A stretch of 63,258 nt of DNA, counting the filler. It is 7 parts of 7 records of this genome, joined end to end, with 100 filler letters (N's around TTAATTAATTAA, not from the genome) between each part and the next. Parts side by side here need not be neighbours in the genome. Positions count along the whole stretch, not along the records: positions 27,183 to 37,889 come from SRR2962707_2677; positions 37,990 to 45,467 come from SRR2962707_2681; 5 more parts are not named here. One strand, 5' to 3'. The notes beneath the pieces are model-generated. The model did not search any database. It was given only the letters and a program-made list of their open reading frames with translations, and was not told where the DNA came from. The translations under genes and the position numbers were made by a program. Shown in pieces: positions 29,762-37,990 of this stretch. How positions within the stretch are numbered: position 1 is the stretch's first letter; every line of letters begins with the position of its first letter.

Positions 29762-30045
29762 TTGCACGAACTCTCTGGCACCCGGGTGAAGTACTGCGAG
29801 AGCTTTGTCTTGAGCCCCTTGGCCTCTCTGTCACGGCGGCGGCTAAAGCATTGGGTGTTAGCCGCAAAACGCTAAGTGCCGTGTTGAATGGCAAAGCTGG
29901 TATCAGTCCTGAAATGGCGATCCGGCTCTCTATTGCTTTCGATACTTCGGCAGAAAGCTGGTTGAATCAGCAGTCCCAATATGAACTCTGGCATGCCGAA
30001 CAACATCGCAAAGAGCTCAACGTGAAGAGGCTTGTTGCAGCCTGA
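29762..30045 (+). pseudogene. higA: HigA (VapI-type) antitoxin with damaged 5' end; no higB toxin
   Basis: [29 protein letters not shown]...[10 protein letters not shown]...WLNQQ; no in-frame start near HPGE. Confidence 0.75.
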
Positions 30046-30051
30046 AGCAGC

Positions 30052-30122
30052 GCATAATCAAGCCATACAGCTAATGCCATTTTTTTGCGCTACATGGGCG
30101 CTGCCAAACAAAGGTGTTGAGT
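30052..30122 (+). repeat. Degenerate attC-like site
   Basis: GCATAATCAAG start (same CATAATCAAG as at 35046), ends GTTGAGT (GTTRRRY); inner stem poor. Confidence 0.4.
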
Positions 30123-30144
30123 AATAGTCTAAAACACGGAAGAG

Positions 30145-30636
30145 ATGGTTATGATCAGGGATGTGGTCTTCCCCGCAGATAGCGATGAGTTAAGAAAGCT
30201 TATTCTCGAGTATGCAGATTGGCTGGGTATCGATCTTTCCTATCAGGATTTTGAGGGAGAGATGGCCTCGCTCGAAGCACTGTTCTCGCCGCCTAGCGGC
30301 CAATATACATTCGCAATAGAAAGTTTTCGTATCGCCGGTGGTGTTGGGTTTAGACGGATTGACGAGTACACAGCCGAGGTGAAGCGCCTGTACGTACGTC
30401 GACAGTATCAGGGTAAGGGACTCGGGCGTGTGCTCATGGACAATCTGCTATTGAAGCTGAAAAGAATGGGTTATACCCGAGTCGTTTTGGACGCCGTGCC
30501 TCCTACGAAAAAAGCCCAGGAACTATACGAGTTAATGGGCTTTGAGGAAATCGAGCCCTATTTTTTCAACCCGACGCCCGGCACCAAATTCTATGGCCTT
30601 GATCTGCAGAGTTATGCCCTGGAGTCAAATGCTTAA
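30145..30636 (+). CDS. GNAT acetyltransferase
   Basis: AEVKRLYVRRQYQGKGLG, AQELYELMGF; stop lies within GCTTAAC (RYYYAAC). Confidence 0.88.
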   Translation: MVMIRDVVFPADSDELRKLILEYADWLGIDLSYQDFEGEMASLEALFSPPSGQYTFAIESFRIAGGVGFRRIDEYTAEVKRLYVRRQYQGKGLGRVLMDNLLLKLKRMGYTRVVLDAVPPTKKAQELYELMGFEEIEPYFFNPTPGTKFYGLDLQSYALESNA

Positions 30637-30659
30637 CGAGGTCAAGAGATGCTACTGAT

Positions 30660-30866
30660 GTGGCGCACATGTTGCCTCGTTTCATTCCAATGGATGCTGA
30701 GGACTTTTACTATCCAGGTGGTAGATCACCCGCTTACACGGTTATTAAGATTAATATGATGCAGGGGCGCACCTCGGTGATTCGGAAGGTTCTAGTTAAG
30801 GAGTTATTCAGCAAAATCGAGTCGGAGGTTGGCATTCGTTTTGTGGCAATTGGAAAAGAGACTTGA
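30660..30866 (+). pseudogene. Fragment of tautomerase-family protein
   Basis: RFIPMDAEDFYYPGGRSPAYTVIKINMMQGRT...LFSKIESEVGI, lacking the N-terminal Pro region and the C-terminus. Confidence 0.55.
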
Positions 30867-31202
30867 ATGACAGCAAAATTTAGCCAAGCGAAAGAAAAGC
30901 TTTTAAGCACGGGTTACCCGCGTTGGCGCAATATTCTATCTTGCGTGATTCTTGTGCTACTCGCTACGGGGGCAGTTTCGGCTTGGTGGTATGCGTATTA
31001 CACAGCAACTGACGTAGAGTGCCACAAAGGTTTTCTGTATTTCTCAGTCGTATGGCTGGTTGTGCAATGGGTGGTGATCGGGTATTTATTCCGATATCAA
31101 AATATTCCGGCCTTTGCGCGGGGCGGCATCAAGTTACTGATACTTCTTGGTAATGTGTGGTTTGGGCTTTTCATTTTTTCACTCCAACCGTGTGCCTCAT
31201 AG
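30867..31202 (+). CDS. Hypothetical 3-TM protein
   Basis: 111-aa ORF with hydrophobic segments. Confidence 0.6.
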   Translation: MTAKFSQAKEKLLSTGYPRWRNILSCVILVLLATGAVSAWWYAYYTATDVECHKGFLYFSVVWLVVQWVVIGYLFRYQNIPAFARGGIKLLILLGNVWFGLFIFSLQPCAS

Positions 31203-31365
31203 GTCAAGCACATCACCAGAGACTATGGTTTCGACCCCCAAGCCTCAAATAAAGGCCATCTCACCTTGCTGCCAGTAGCAAATAGCAAGCTGCGATGGTA
31301 ATTCTCTATACGTGTCGGTGGACGCGCTAAAGTAAGCCACTACACCCTGACCCTGCATCAAAGGA

Positions 31366-31761
31366 ATGAATCGGATGGCGAGTGAAAGCTGGTTGTTAGT
31401 TGGTGGACTGGTCGCCATCGTTGTAGCGGTTGTTCATTCAGCGCTTGGCGAAGTTCTGATTTTCCAGCGAATGCGTAAAGAGACAATTGTCCCAACGCAG
31501 GGGCAGCCGGTCCTCAGAGAGCGTTACGTTAGAATTTTGTGGGCCACATGGCACATCGTTTCTGTATTTGGTCTGGCCATTGCGGGGGTACTCATTTTCA
31601 TGTCTCTTTATCCGGTCACCGATGTCCGAGGCTTGTTTCTCCGAGCGGTGGCAATTTCAATGGGCGTGTCCAGCGCATTGGTACTTTTCGCAACCAAAGG
31701 AATGCACCCGGGATGGGTTGGGCTGCTGATCGTGTCGATATCAGCGGCAATGGCATTTTGA
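31366..31761 (+). CDS. Hypothetical 4-TM protein
   Basis: VHSALGE, WATWH, HPGW conserved-looking motifs; AAGGA RBS. Confidence 0.7.
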   Translation: MNRMASESWLLVGGLVAIVVAVVHSALGEVLIFQRMRKETIVPTQGQPVLRERYVRILWATWHIVSVFGLAIAGVLIFMSLYPVTDVRGLFLRAVAISMGVSSALVLFATKGMHPGWVGLLIVSISAAMAF

Positions 31762-31800
31762 GAATGCTGCATAAACACAGCAATATTGAGGTCTAGTAAG

Positions 31801-32292
31801 TTGAGAAGAGTATTAATGAGCGCCTGCCTTCTAGGGAAACGGGTTCGATACGATGGTGGGAGCCTTTCGATGAATGATCAGCTTGTAGAGACCTGGATAA
31901 CAGAAGGTCGGGTTGTTTCAGTGTGTCCCGAAGTTGAAGCCGGAATGAATATCCCAAGGATGCCTGCGGAGATTTACGGAGGAAGCGGAAACAGTGTATT
32001 AGATGGCGAAACCAATGTTGTTGAGAAAGACGGAAATATTGTTACCGACGATTTTATTGCAGGTGCCTCGATTGCCTTGGAACTGTGCAAGAAATTCAAC
32101 ATTGAAATAGCGATACTGGCCGAGTCTAGTCCCTCTTGCGGAAGTTCATTCATCTATGACGGTAGCTTTTCAGGTAACCGAACTTCAGGAATGGGGGTTA
32201 CGGCTGCGTTGCTACGTCGTCATAACATTCAAGTGTTTAGCCAGTATGAAATAGCAGATGCTCACAAGGCCATCCACGCGACAAGTGCCTGA
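31801..32292 (+). CDS. DUF523 (TudS / 2-thiouracil desulfidase-like) protein
   Basis: SACLLG..VRYDG, VCPEV, SPSCGS, GVTAALL. Confidence 0.88.
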   Translation: MRRVLMSACLLGKRVRYDGGSLSMNDQLVETWITEGRVVSVCPEVEAGMNIPRMPAEIYGGSGNSVLDGETNVVEKDGNIVTDDFIAGASIALELCKKFNIEIAILAESSPSCGSSFIYDGSFSGNRTSGMGVTAALLRRHNIQVFSQYEIADAHKAIHATSA

Positions 32293-32427
32293 TGACAATG
32301 TTTTGAGACTGTAGATAAAATCTGAAATCCCCCGGTTTTGATGGGGTCAGGCAGAAGAGGGTGCCGAGCCAGTGGCGACTATACTGCCTGGTTAGAGCTA
32401 AATGAACCTCAATCTGTGGGAGACAAA

Positions 32428-32778
32428 ATGAAGGTAAAACGAATAGTTACCAACATAGCGGCGGCAACCCCCTCCGAAGCAGAGAAGTTCTACTCGGCTA
32501 TTTTTGGGCTTAAGATTGTGATGGATCATGGATGGATAAGAACCTATAGCTCGGGCGAGGAAATGACTACTCAGGTAAGCGTGGCATCGGAAGGTGGCTC
32601 CGGAACGCCAGTTCCTGATCTGTCTATCGAGGTTGATAACCTGGAGATCGCTTTGGAGAGAGTGAAGAATGGAAATATTGAGATTGAGTACGGCCCGGTA
32701 AGTGAGCCCTGGGGTGTCCGCCGGTTCTATGTTCGTGATCCGTTCGGAAAGCTCATCAATGTATTACAGCACGAGTAA
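32428..32778 (+). CDS. VOC/glyoxalase family protein
   Basis: DLSIEVDNL, EPWGVRRFYVRDPFGKLINVL. Confidence 0.88.
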   Translation: MKVKRIVTNIAAATPSEAEKFYSAIFGLKIVMDHGWIRTYSSGEEMTTQVSVASEGGSGTPVPDLSIEVDNLEIALERVKNGNIEIEYGPVSEPWGVRRFYVRDPFGKLINVLQHE

Positions 32779-32826
32779 CCGTTGGGGAATGCCCTAACGG
32801 TTCGTTCCGTGTCAGATGGTAAAAAT

Positions 32827-33231
32827 ATGGAACCCGTTGTTCAGGAAGAAACCACTGGTTGTGGTATAGCCGCAAGTGCAGCTTTAGCAGGCATCAGTTA
32901 TGCCGAGGCTAAACGGACTGCAAACGCGCTGGGTATTTACGCCGACGATACGGCGCTTTGGTCAGAGACAGATCATGTCCGGAAGCTTCTACAGGAGTTT
33001 GGTCTCTCGGTGTCGCCTAAAGAAACGCCATTTGAGTCCTGGGACTGCCTTCCCGACAAGGCGCTCTTGGCTATCAAGTGGCACGTAGAGCGTGATAAGC
33101 CGTTCTGGCATTGGGTAATTTTTGTCAGAGAGCGTGGTGATGCAAAGGTGTTGGATTCCAGGAAGGCACTGAAAGCAAATGTCCGCCGGGATTTCGGGCG
33201 CATGAAACCCAAGTGGTACATTGAGATATAA
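32827..33231 (+). CDS. C39-like cysteine peptidase-fold protein
   Basis: VVQEETTGCGIA (QxxxxxCG), WHWVIF, VLDS. Confidence 0.6.
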   Translation: MEPVVQEETTGCGIAASAALAGISYAEAKRTANALGIYADDTALWSETDHVRKLLQEFGLSVSPKETPFESWDCLPDKALLAIKWHVERDKPFWHWVIFVRERGDAKVLDSRKALKANVRRDFGRMKPKWYIEI

Positions 33232-33379
33232 AGCGAATAGGCCACAGCAGTGGTGGCCTGCACCGGTTCATGGGTTTGGTTCAAAAGGGAGCCAAAATTC
33301 AAACTGAATGTTAGGTATGGAACAGTCGATTCAGTCCAGGTTCTGACGGGATCAAACAAGCAGACAAGGAGGTGTACAG

Positions 33380-33424
33380 ATGAAGCAAATGGGTCGCTGT
33401 CTCTGCGGAGGCATTCAATCGTGA
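33380..33424 (+). pseudogene. 14-codon stub of a GFA-family gene
   Basis: AGGAGG RBS; MKQMGRCLCGGIQS*; TGA overlaps the ilvE GTG. Confidence 0.55.
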
Positions 33425-34452
33425 AAGAAACCCCGTCAGCAAAGCTTGTATCGTCAGCTAATCATACCGCCTCGCCATTTGGCACTCAGTTTTGCGATCA
33501 TATGACACTCGTCCGTTTTGCCGATGGGCGTTGGTCTGAGGTGGAGACACTGCCGGTAGGACCTTTGCCGCTACACCCAGCATCTCATGTGTTGCATTAT
33601 GGCAGTTCGTGTTTCGAGGGCATGAAAGCTTTTCGGATGCAGAATGGCGGCGTTCGTATTTTTCGCCTCGACCGCCATGTTGAACGCTTCCAGCGCAGCG
33701 CCGAGTTGCTTTGCTTGCCTCTGCCGCCCGCCGACATTGTCGAAGCAATGATCCGCCAACTCGTTGATTTATGTTTTGACGATATACCGGAAGCACCTGG
33801 TGCGCTCTACCTACGGCCGGCACTGATTGGCACGGAGGAGAACATTGGTGCGGCGGGTGCGCCCTCTGCACAGGCCATGCTCTATGTGTTGGCGTCGCCC
33901 GTCGGAGATTATTTCTCGAGAGGTGGTCATGGTTTGACTATCCTGATCGAAGATCAGGAGTTGCGGAGTACTCCCGGCTTCGGTCAGGCGAAAGCCGGAG
34001 GTAATTATGCCTCAGCGCTTCGCCATGTCGTTAAAGCCAGGAAAGAACATGGAGCAGATCAGGTGTTGTTCTGCCCGAACGGCGATGTGCAGGAAACAGG
34101 GGCGTCGAACTTCTTCCTGATCAATGATTCTCAGCTGCTCACGAAGCCTTTGGATGCGTCGTTTCTGCATGGCGTCACCCGGGATTCGGTAATAACCCTT
34201 GCTCGAGACTTGAACTATGACGTCATCGAACGAGATTTTACCGTTGCTGAGGTCATGGATTGGATTCAGACCGGAGAAGCCGCGTTATCCGGAACAGCGG
34301 CTGTTCTTTCTGGTGTGGGGTCGTTTGTGCACAAAGGCGCTACATACAAGGTAGGCGATGGTAGCACCGGCCCTAACACTCGAAAACTGAGCGACGCACT
34401 GCGGGCACTGCAATCTGGTAGAACTGAAGATAGATTCGGCTGGCTGAGCTGA
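33421..34452 (+). CDS. ilvE: Branched-chain amino acid aminotransferase
   Basis: LHYGSSCFEGMKAFR, LYLRP, AKAGGNYA (PLP Lys), LHGVTRDS, SGTAAV. Confidence 0.9.
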   Translation: MKETPSAKLVSSANHTASPFGTQFCDHMTLVRFADGRWSEVETLPVGPLPLHPASHVLHYGSSCFEGMKAFRMQNGGVRIFRLDRHVERFQRSAELLCLPLPPADIVEAMIRQLVDLCFDDIPEAPGALYLRPALIGTEENIGAAGAPSAQAMLYVLASPVGDYFSRGGHGLTILIEDQELRSTPGFGQAKAGGNYASALRHVVKARKEHGADQVLFCPNGDVQETGASNFFLINDSQLLTKPLDASFLHGVTRDSVITLARDLNYDVIERDFTVAEVMDWIQTGEAALSGTAAVLSGVGSFVHKGATYKVGDGSTGPNTRKLSDALRALQSGRTEDRFGWLS

Positions 34453-34474
34453 ATGTTGCTTCTGGAGTAGCGAC

Positions 34475-35050
34475 GTGAAACTCAAGGAACTTTTAGAAGA
34501 ACTCGAGACGCTAGGGAAAGAGAACGATGCGTCGGTAGAGCAGAAAGATCGCAAGTATCTCAACATCACCAGGGATACCGGGGAGTTCTTGTCGGTACTG
34601 ATAAAAGCTGGCGCAGTGAGACAGGTTCTGGAGATCGGAACGTCTAACGGTTATTCCACTTTGTGGATAGCGTCCGCGCTGCCAGAGGATGGGCATGTGA
34701 CCACTCTGGAGGTGTCTCCGTTCAAGATTAGTCAGGCCAAAAGCAACTTCAAACGTGCCAATCTCGATCATAAGATCACTGTGGTACAAATGGGCGCCGT
34801 CGATTATCTCGGGCAAGCTAGCCGTTTGTATGATCTGGTTTTTCTTGACGCCGACCGCGCGAGCTACGTTCAAGTTGCTGACCAAATCGTTTCCCTCATT
34901 CGGCCCGGGGGCATTCTGGTGTGTGACAACGCGGTTTCGCACGCTGAGGAACTGAGGGAATTCATTGATTTTGTCGACAGCACTGGCGGGTTTACCACCA
35001 CTACTGTGCCGGTAGGCAAAGGTGAGTTCGTGGCGTGTAAAAAAACATAA
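34475..35050 (+). CDS. Class I SAM-dependent O-methyltransferase (YrrM-like)
   Basis: VLEIGTSNGYST, DLVFLDADR, GGILVCDN. Confidence 0.88.
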   Translation: MKLKELLEELETLGKENDASVEQKDRKYLNITRDTGEFLSVLIKAGAVRQVLEIGTSNGYSTLWIASALPEDGHVTTLEVSPFKISQAKSNFKRANLDHKITVVQMGAVDYLGQASRLYDLVFLDADRASYVQVADQIVSLIRPGGILVCDNAVSHAEELREFIDFVDSTGGFTTTTVPVGKGEFVACKKT

Positions 35051-35104
35051 TCAAGACTGGTGGTGGGAACGCTTGGAACCGGTTTTTCCACAACCTCGTT
35101 AAGC
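35045..35104 (+). repeat. attC-like site (60 bp)
   Basis: ACATAAT overlapping the stop; GTGGTGGGAA pairs with TTCCACAAC; ends GTTAAGC (GTTRRRY). Confidence 0.6.
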
Positions 35105-35172
35105 ACCAGGGGCGCTCATGCACGCGAATGTAGCCCGGTGCGGAATGTTATCCAATTGGAACGGAGGCACAG

Positions 35173-35580
35173 ATGAGATCCATCGCAACGTCACTCATGT
35201 TTGTTGGAGAGCAGGCTGGGAAAGCCGAGGAGGCCATCAGGTTTTATACCTCGCTATTCGTTGGTTCAGAGATCGACGATATTCAACGTTACCAGGCCGG
35301 CGAGCATGAACCAGAAGGTTCTGTGAAGATGGCGAAGTTTAAGATAAACGGTCGAGAGTTTATGGCGCTCGACAGCCACCTTGATCACCAATTTACGTTT
35401 ACGCCCTCCATGTCGCTGTATGTTGAGTGCGAATCGGCGAGCGAAATTGAGGAAGTATTTAAAGCCCTGGCAGAAGGTGGCTCAGAGCTAATGCCGCTGG
35501 ATAATTATGGTTTTAGCCAGAAATTCGGGTGGTTGAATGATAGGTATGGTGTGTCTTGGCAGCTAAACCTGTCGAACTAG
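35173..35580 (+). CDS. VOC family PhnB-like protein
   Basis: AEEAIRFYTSLF, FTPSMSLYV, GWLNDRYGVSWQL. Confidence 0.88.
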   Translation: MRSIATSLMFVGEQAGKAEEAIRFYTSLFVGSEIDDIQRYQAGEHEPEGSVKMAKFKINGREFMALDSHLDHQFTFTPSMSLYVECESASEIEEVFKALAEGGSELMPLDNYGFSQKFGWLNDRYGVSWQLNLSN

Positions 35581-35674
35581 TGTGGCGACAACTCCAGCCC
35601 AAAACCGTGCGCAGTGTTACGCAGTTTCCGCGGTTGCCGGAGGCCCTACATTGAACGCATAGGAGACTCAGACA

Positions 35675-36364
35675 ATGGCGACAGATAAACAGCCATTACC
35701 GGAGGTCGTTTCTTCGGAACAGTGGAAAGCGGCGCTGGATCAGCTTCTTGTAAAAGAGAAAGAGTTAACCCGGGCACGGGATGCACTGAACGCAGAGCGT
35801 AGGAAGTTACCGATGGTCAAGGTGGCCAAGCACTATACGCTCCAGGGGGAAAATGGCGCAGTGTCCCTGCTCGATTTGTTCGAAGGGCGCCGTCAGCTCA
35901 TTGTTTATCACTTCATGTTTGCCCCGGATTGGAACGCTGGCTGCGACGGTTGCTCCTGGTTGGTAGATGCCATGACACACCCGGCCCACCTGCATGCTCG
36001 CGATACGTCGTTGGTTATGGTGTCACGCGCACCAAGGGAAAAGCTCGTGCAGTACAGGTCGCGGATGGGATGGACGGCGCCTGTTCCATGGTATTCCTCT
36101 TACGAGAGCGACTTTAACGTCGATTTCGGCGCAACCACGGATAACGGTGAACGGCACGGTGCCAGTGTTTTTATTCGCGACGGAGATGACATCTACCGCA
36201 CCTACTATACGGGTGCGCGTGGCGTCGAATATCTTGGCACTCTCTGGACATACCTGGATTTGACCCCCTTTGGTCGCCAGGAAACTTGGGAAGACTCACC
36301 GGAAGGCTGGCCGCAGACGGAGCCCTACGTATGGAATCGCCGCCACGACGAGTACGACGTCTGA
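35675..36364 (+). CDS. DUF899 thioredoxin-like protein
   Basis: LLDLFEGRRQLIVYHFMF, CDGCS, LDLTPFGRQE. Confidence 0.88.
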   Translation: MATDKQPLPEVVSSEQWKAALDQLLVKEKELTRARDALNAERRKLPMVKVAKHYTLQGENGAVSLLDLFEGRRQLIVYHFMFAPDWNAGCDGCSWLVDAMTHPAHLHARDTSLVMVSRAPREKLVQYRSRMGWTAPVPWYSSYESDFNVDFGATTDNGERHGASVFIRDGDDIYRTYYTGARGVEYLGTLWTYLDLTPFGRQETWEDSPEGWPQTEPYVWNRRHDEYDV

Positions 36365-36388
36365 CAACTCATAAGGAGGAAAGATGAT

Positions 36389-37312
36389 ATGAACACGGCT
36401 CCCGCACATTATCCCATCGGTAAGCCTGGCACTCCCTGGGGTGAGGTGGAACGTGCTGAGTGGTTGTCACAACAGACCCGTCAACGGAGCTACGAGTCTG
36501 ATGTGTTAAGCGTGATCAAGCGTCTGCGCCCACGTTTTGATGTGGAAGAATATGGCCATCTGAATTATGGCGCCAACCGTTATCCGCTGATGGCGATTCG
36601 CAGCCGCGACTGGCGTGAGGATTTGCCAGTTGTGCTGATAACAGGCGGGGTACACGGCTATGAAACCAGCGGTGTACACGGCGCACTGCAGTTTGTTGAT
36701 CAGCATGCGGAGGATTACGCAGGCCGTGTCAATTTGTTGGTTGCGCCGTGCGTCAGCCCTTGGGCATACGAGCGCATTCATCGCTGGAACCCGAACGCGG
36801 TCGACCCGAACCGTTCGTTCCGAGATGACGGTTTGGCGGATGAGGCGGCGGCGCTTATGCGCCTGGTGGCCCCCGTTCGCGATCATGCATTGATGCATAT
36901 CGATCTGCACGAGACCACTGATACGGATGAAACCGAGTTTCGTCCCGCGCTCGCGGCCCGAGACGGCAAGCCGTTCGAGCCGGGGGAAATTCCTGACGGC
37001 TTCTATCTGGTCGATGACAGCGAAAGCCCAGAGCCCGAGTTTCAACAGGCGTTGATTGAGGCGGTGGAGCAGGTCACACACATCGCACCGGCTGATGGTA
37101 ACGGTGAGATCTTTGGCTCACCGGTCGCCGCTCGAGGCGTCATTCAGTACCCGCTCAAACAGCTGGGCCTGTGCGCCAGTATCACCAGTGCTCCATACAG
37201 GACCACCACCGAAGTCTATCCCGACAGCGCACGAGTGACCCCCGAGCAATGCAATGCAGCGCAGGCTACTGCCGTGTGTGCGGCGATCGACTACGTGCTG
37301 GTGAACCCGTAG
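36389..37312 (+). CDS. M14-family metallocarboxypeptidase
   Basis: GGVHGYETSG, DPNRSF, HIDLHETTD, TTTEVYPD. Confidence 0.88.
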   Translation: MNTAPAHYPIGKPGTPWGEVERAEWLSQQTRQRSYESDVLSVIKRLRPRFDVEEYGHLNYGANRYPLMAIRSRDWREDLPVVLITGGVHGYETSGVHGALQFVDQHAEDYAGRVNLLVAPCVSPWAYERIHRWNPNAVDPNRSFRDDGLADEAAALMRLVAPVRDHALMHIDLHETTDTDETEFRPALAARDGKPFEPGEIPDGFYLVDDSESPEPEFQQALIEAVEQVTHIAPADGNGEIFGSPVAARGVIQYPLKQLGLCASITSAPYRTTTEVYPDSARVTPEQCNAAQATAVCAAIDYVLVNP

Positions 37313-37511
37313 GGAAGGACAGTCATGATTCTGCAACTAACGTGGGTCGTTATGAGCAGCACAAATGTTTGAGGGGCTGCTTAACCCAGGCGGCTTCCAA
37401 CTGTCTATTCCGTAATTTGTCTCTGGTTGAAAAAGCCCCTTCCGGCCGTAACGTCATGATGAGTGAGGCGAAAATTCCCCATCACTCAATTGCAACAGTG
37501 GGAGGTAAGCA

Positions 37512-37766
37512 ATGGCAAACGCACAAAACTGGAAACGCGAGCGGGAACAGTATCAGGCGGCCTGGGCCAAGTACCAGAACGTGGCTGAGCGGATAGATGC
37601 CAAATACGAAAGCCTCGATAGTGGCATCAAGGACCAGGCGCCCGCCGAGGAAGATCTATCGGAGCTACAGGAAGCCTGGAAAGAGCTTGAGAACGCTCGT
37701 GAGCGCCTTGGTGAGTATAACAATGAGCTCCATGAGCGGCATATGGCCCAAGGTAAAAGCATGTGA
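37512..37766 (+). CDS. Hypothetical helical/coiled-coil protein
   Basis: GGAGG RBS; 84 aa, charged and helical. Confidence 0.65.
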   Translation: MANAQNWKREREQYQAAWAKYQNVAERIDAKYESLDSGIKDQAPAEEDLSELQEAWKELENARERLGEYNNELHERHMAQGKSM

Positions 37767-37863
37767 CTTTATTGAGCAAGGTTGAGCACGACCGCGCCAT
37801 TCTGAGGAAGCGCTAGAGGCGTGTCCTGAACGCGTGTCTAGATAGCTTTTATCCGTGTCAAAG

Positions 37864-37889
37864 GCCGGAGAGTAGCGCTACTCTCCGGC
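37864..37889. terminator. Perfect hairpin, probable terminator
   Basis: GCCGGAGAGTAGCGCTACTCTCCGGC palindrome at contig end. Confidence 0.55.
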
Positions 37890-37989
37890 NNNNNNNNNNN
37901 NNNNNNNNNNNNNNNNNNNNNNNNNNNNNNNNNTTAATTAATTAANNNNNNNNNNNNNNNNNNNNNNNNNNNNNNNNNNNNNNNNNNNN
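37890..37989. other. Artificial contig spacer
   Basis: N-run + TTAATTAATTAA + N-run. Confidence 0.99.
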
Positions 37990-37990
37990 C

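Larger units (their letters stand above)
27183..37355 (+). mobile_element. Degenerate integron gene-cassette array (no intI in window)
   Basis: All genes on +, small and functionally unrelated; attC-like palindromes at 27450-27526, 28688-28759, 30052-30122 and 35045-35104, plus half-sites; TA antitoxins and typical cassette families. Confidence 0.7.

Noticed and set aside
32776-32802. AACCGTTGGGG-AATG-CCCTAACGGTT hairpin as an attC
   Set aside because: Too short, and GTT precedes AAC (reverse order); may be a terminator-like stem or residue
37335-37355. AACTAAC..GTTATGA as an internally deleted attC
   Set aside because: Only 7 bp between the motifs; can arise by chance, so used only as a tentative array boundary
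27183-37889. CRISPR array or integrase
   Set aside because: No regularly spaced identical repeats, and no tyrosine recombinase, transposase or cas ORF anywhere in the window
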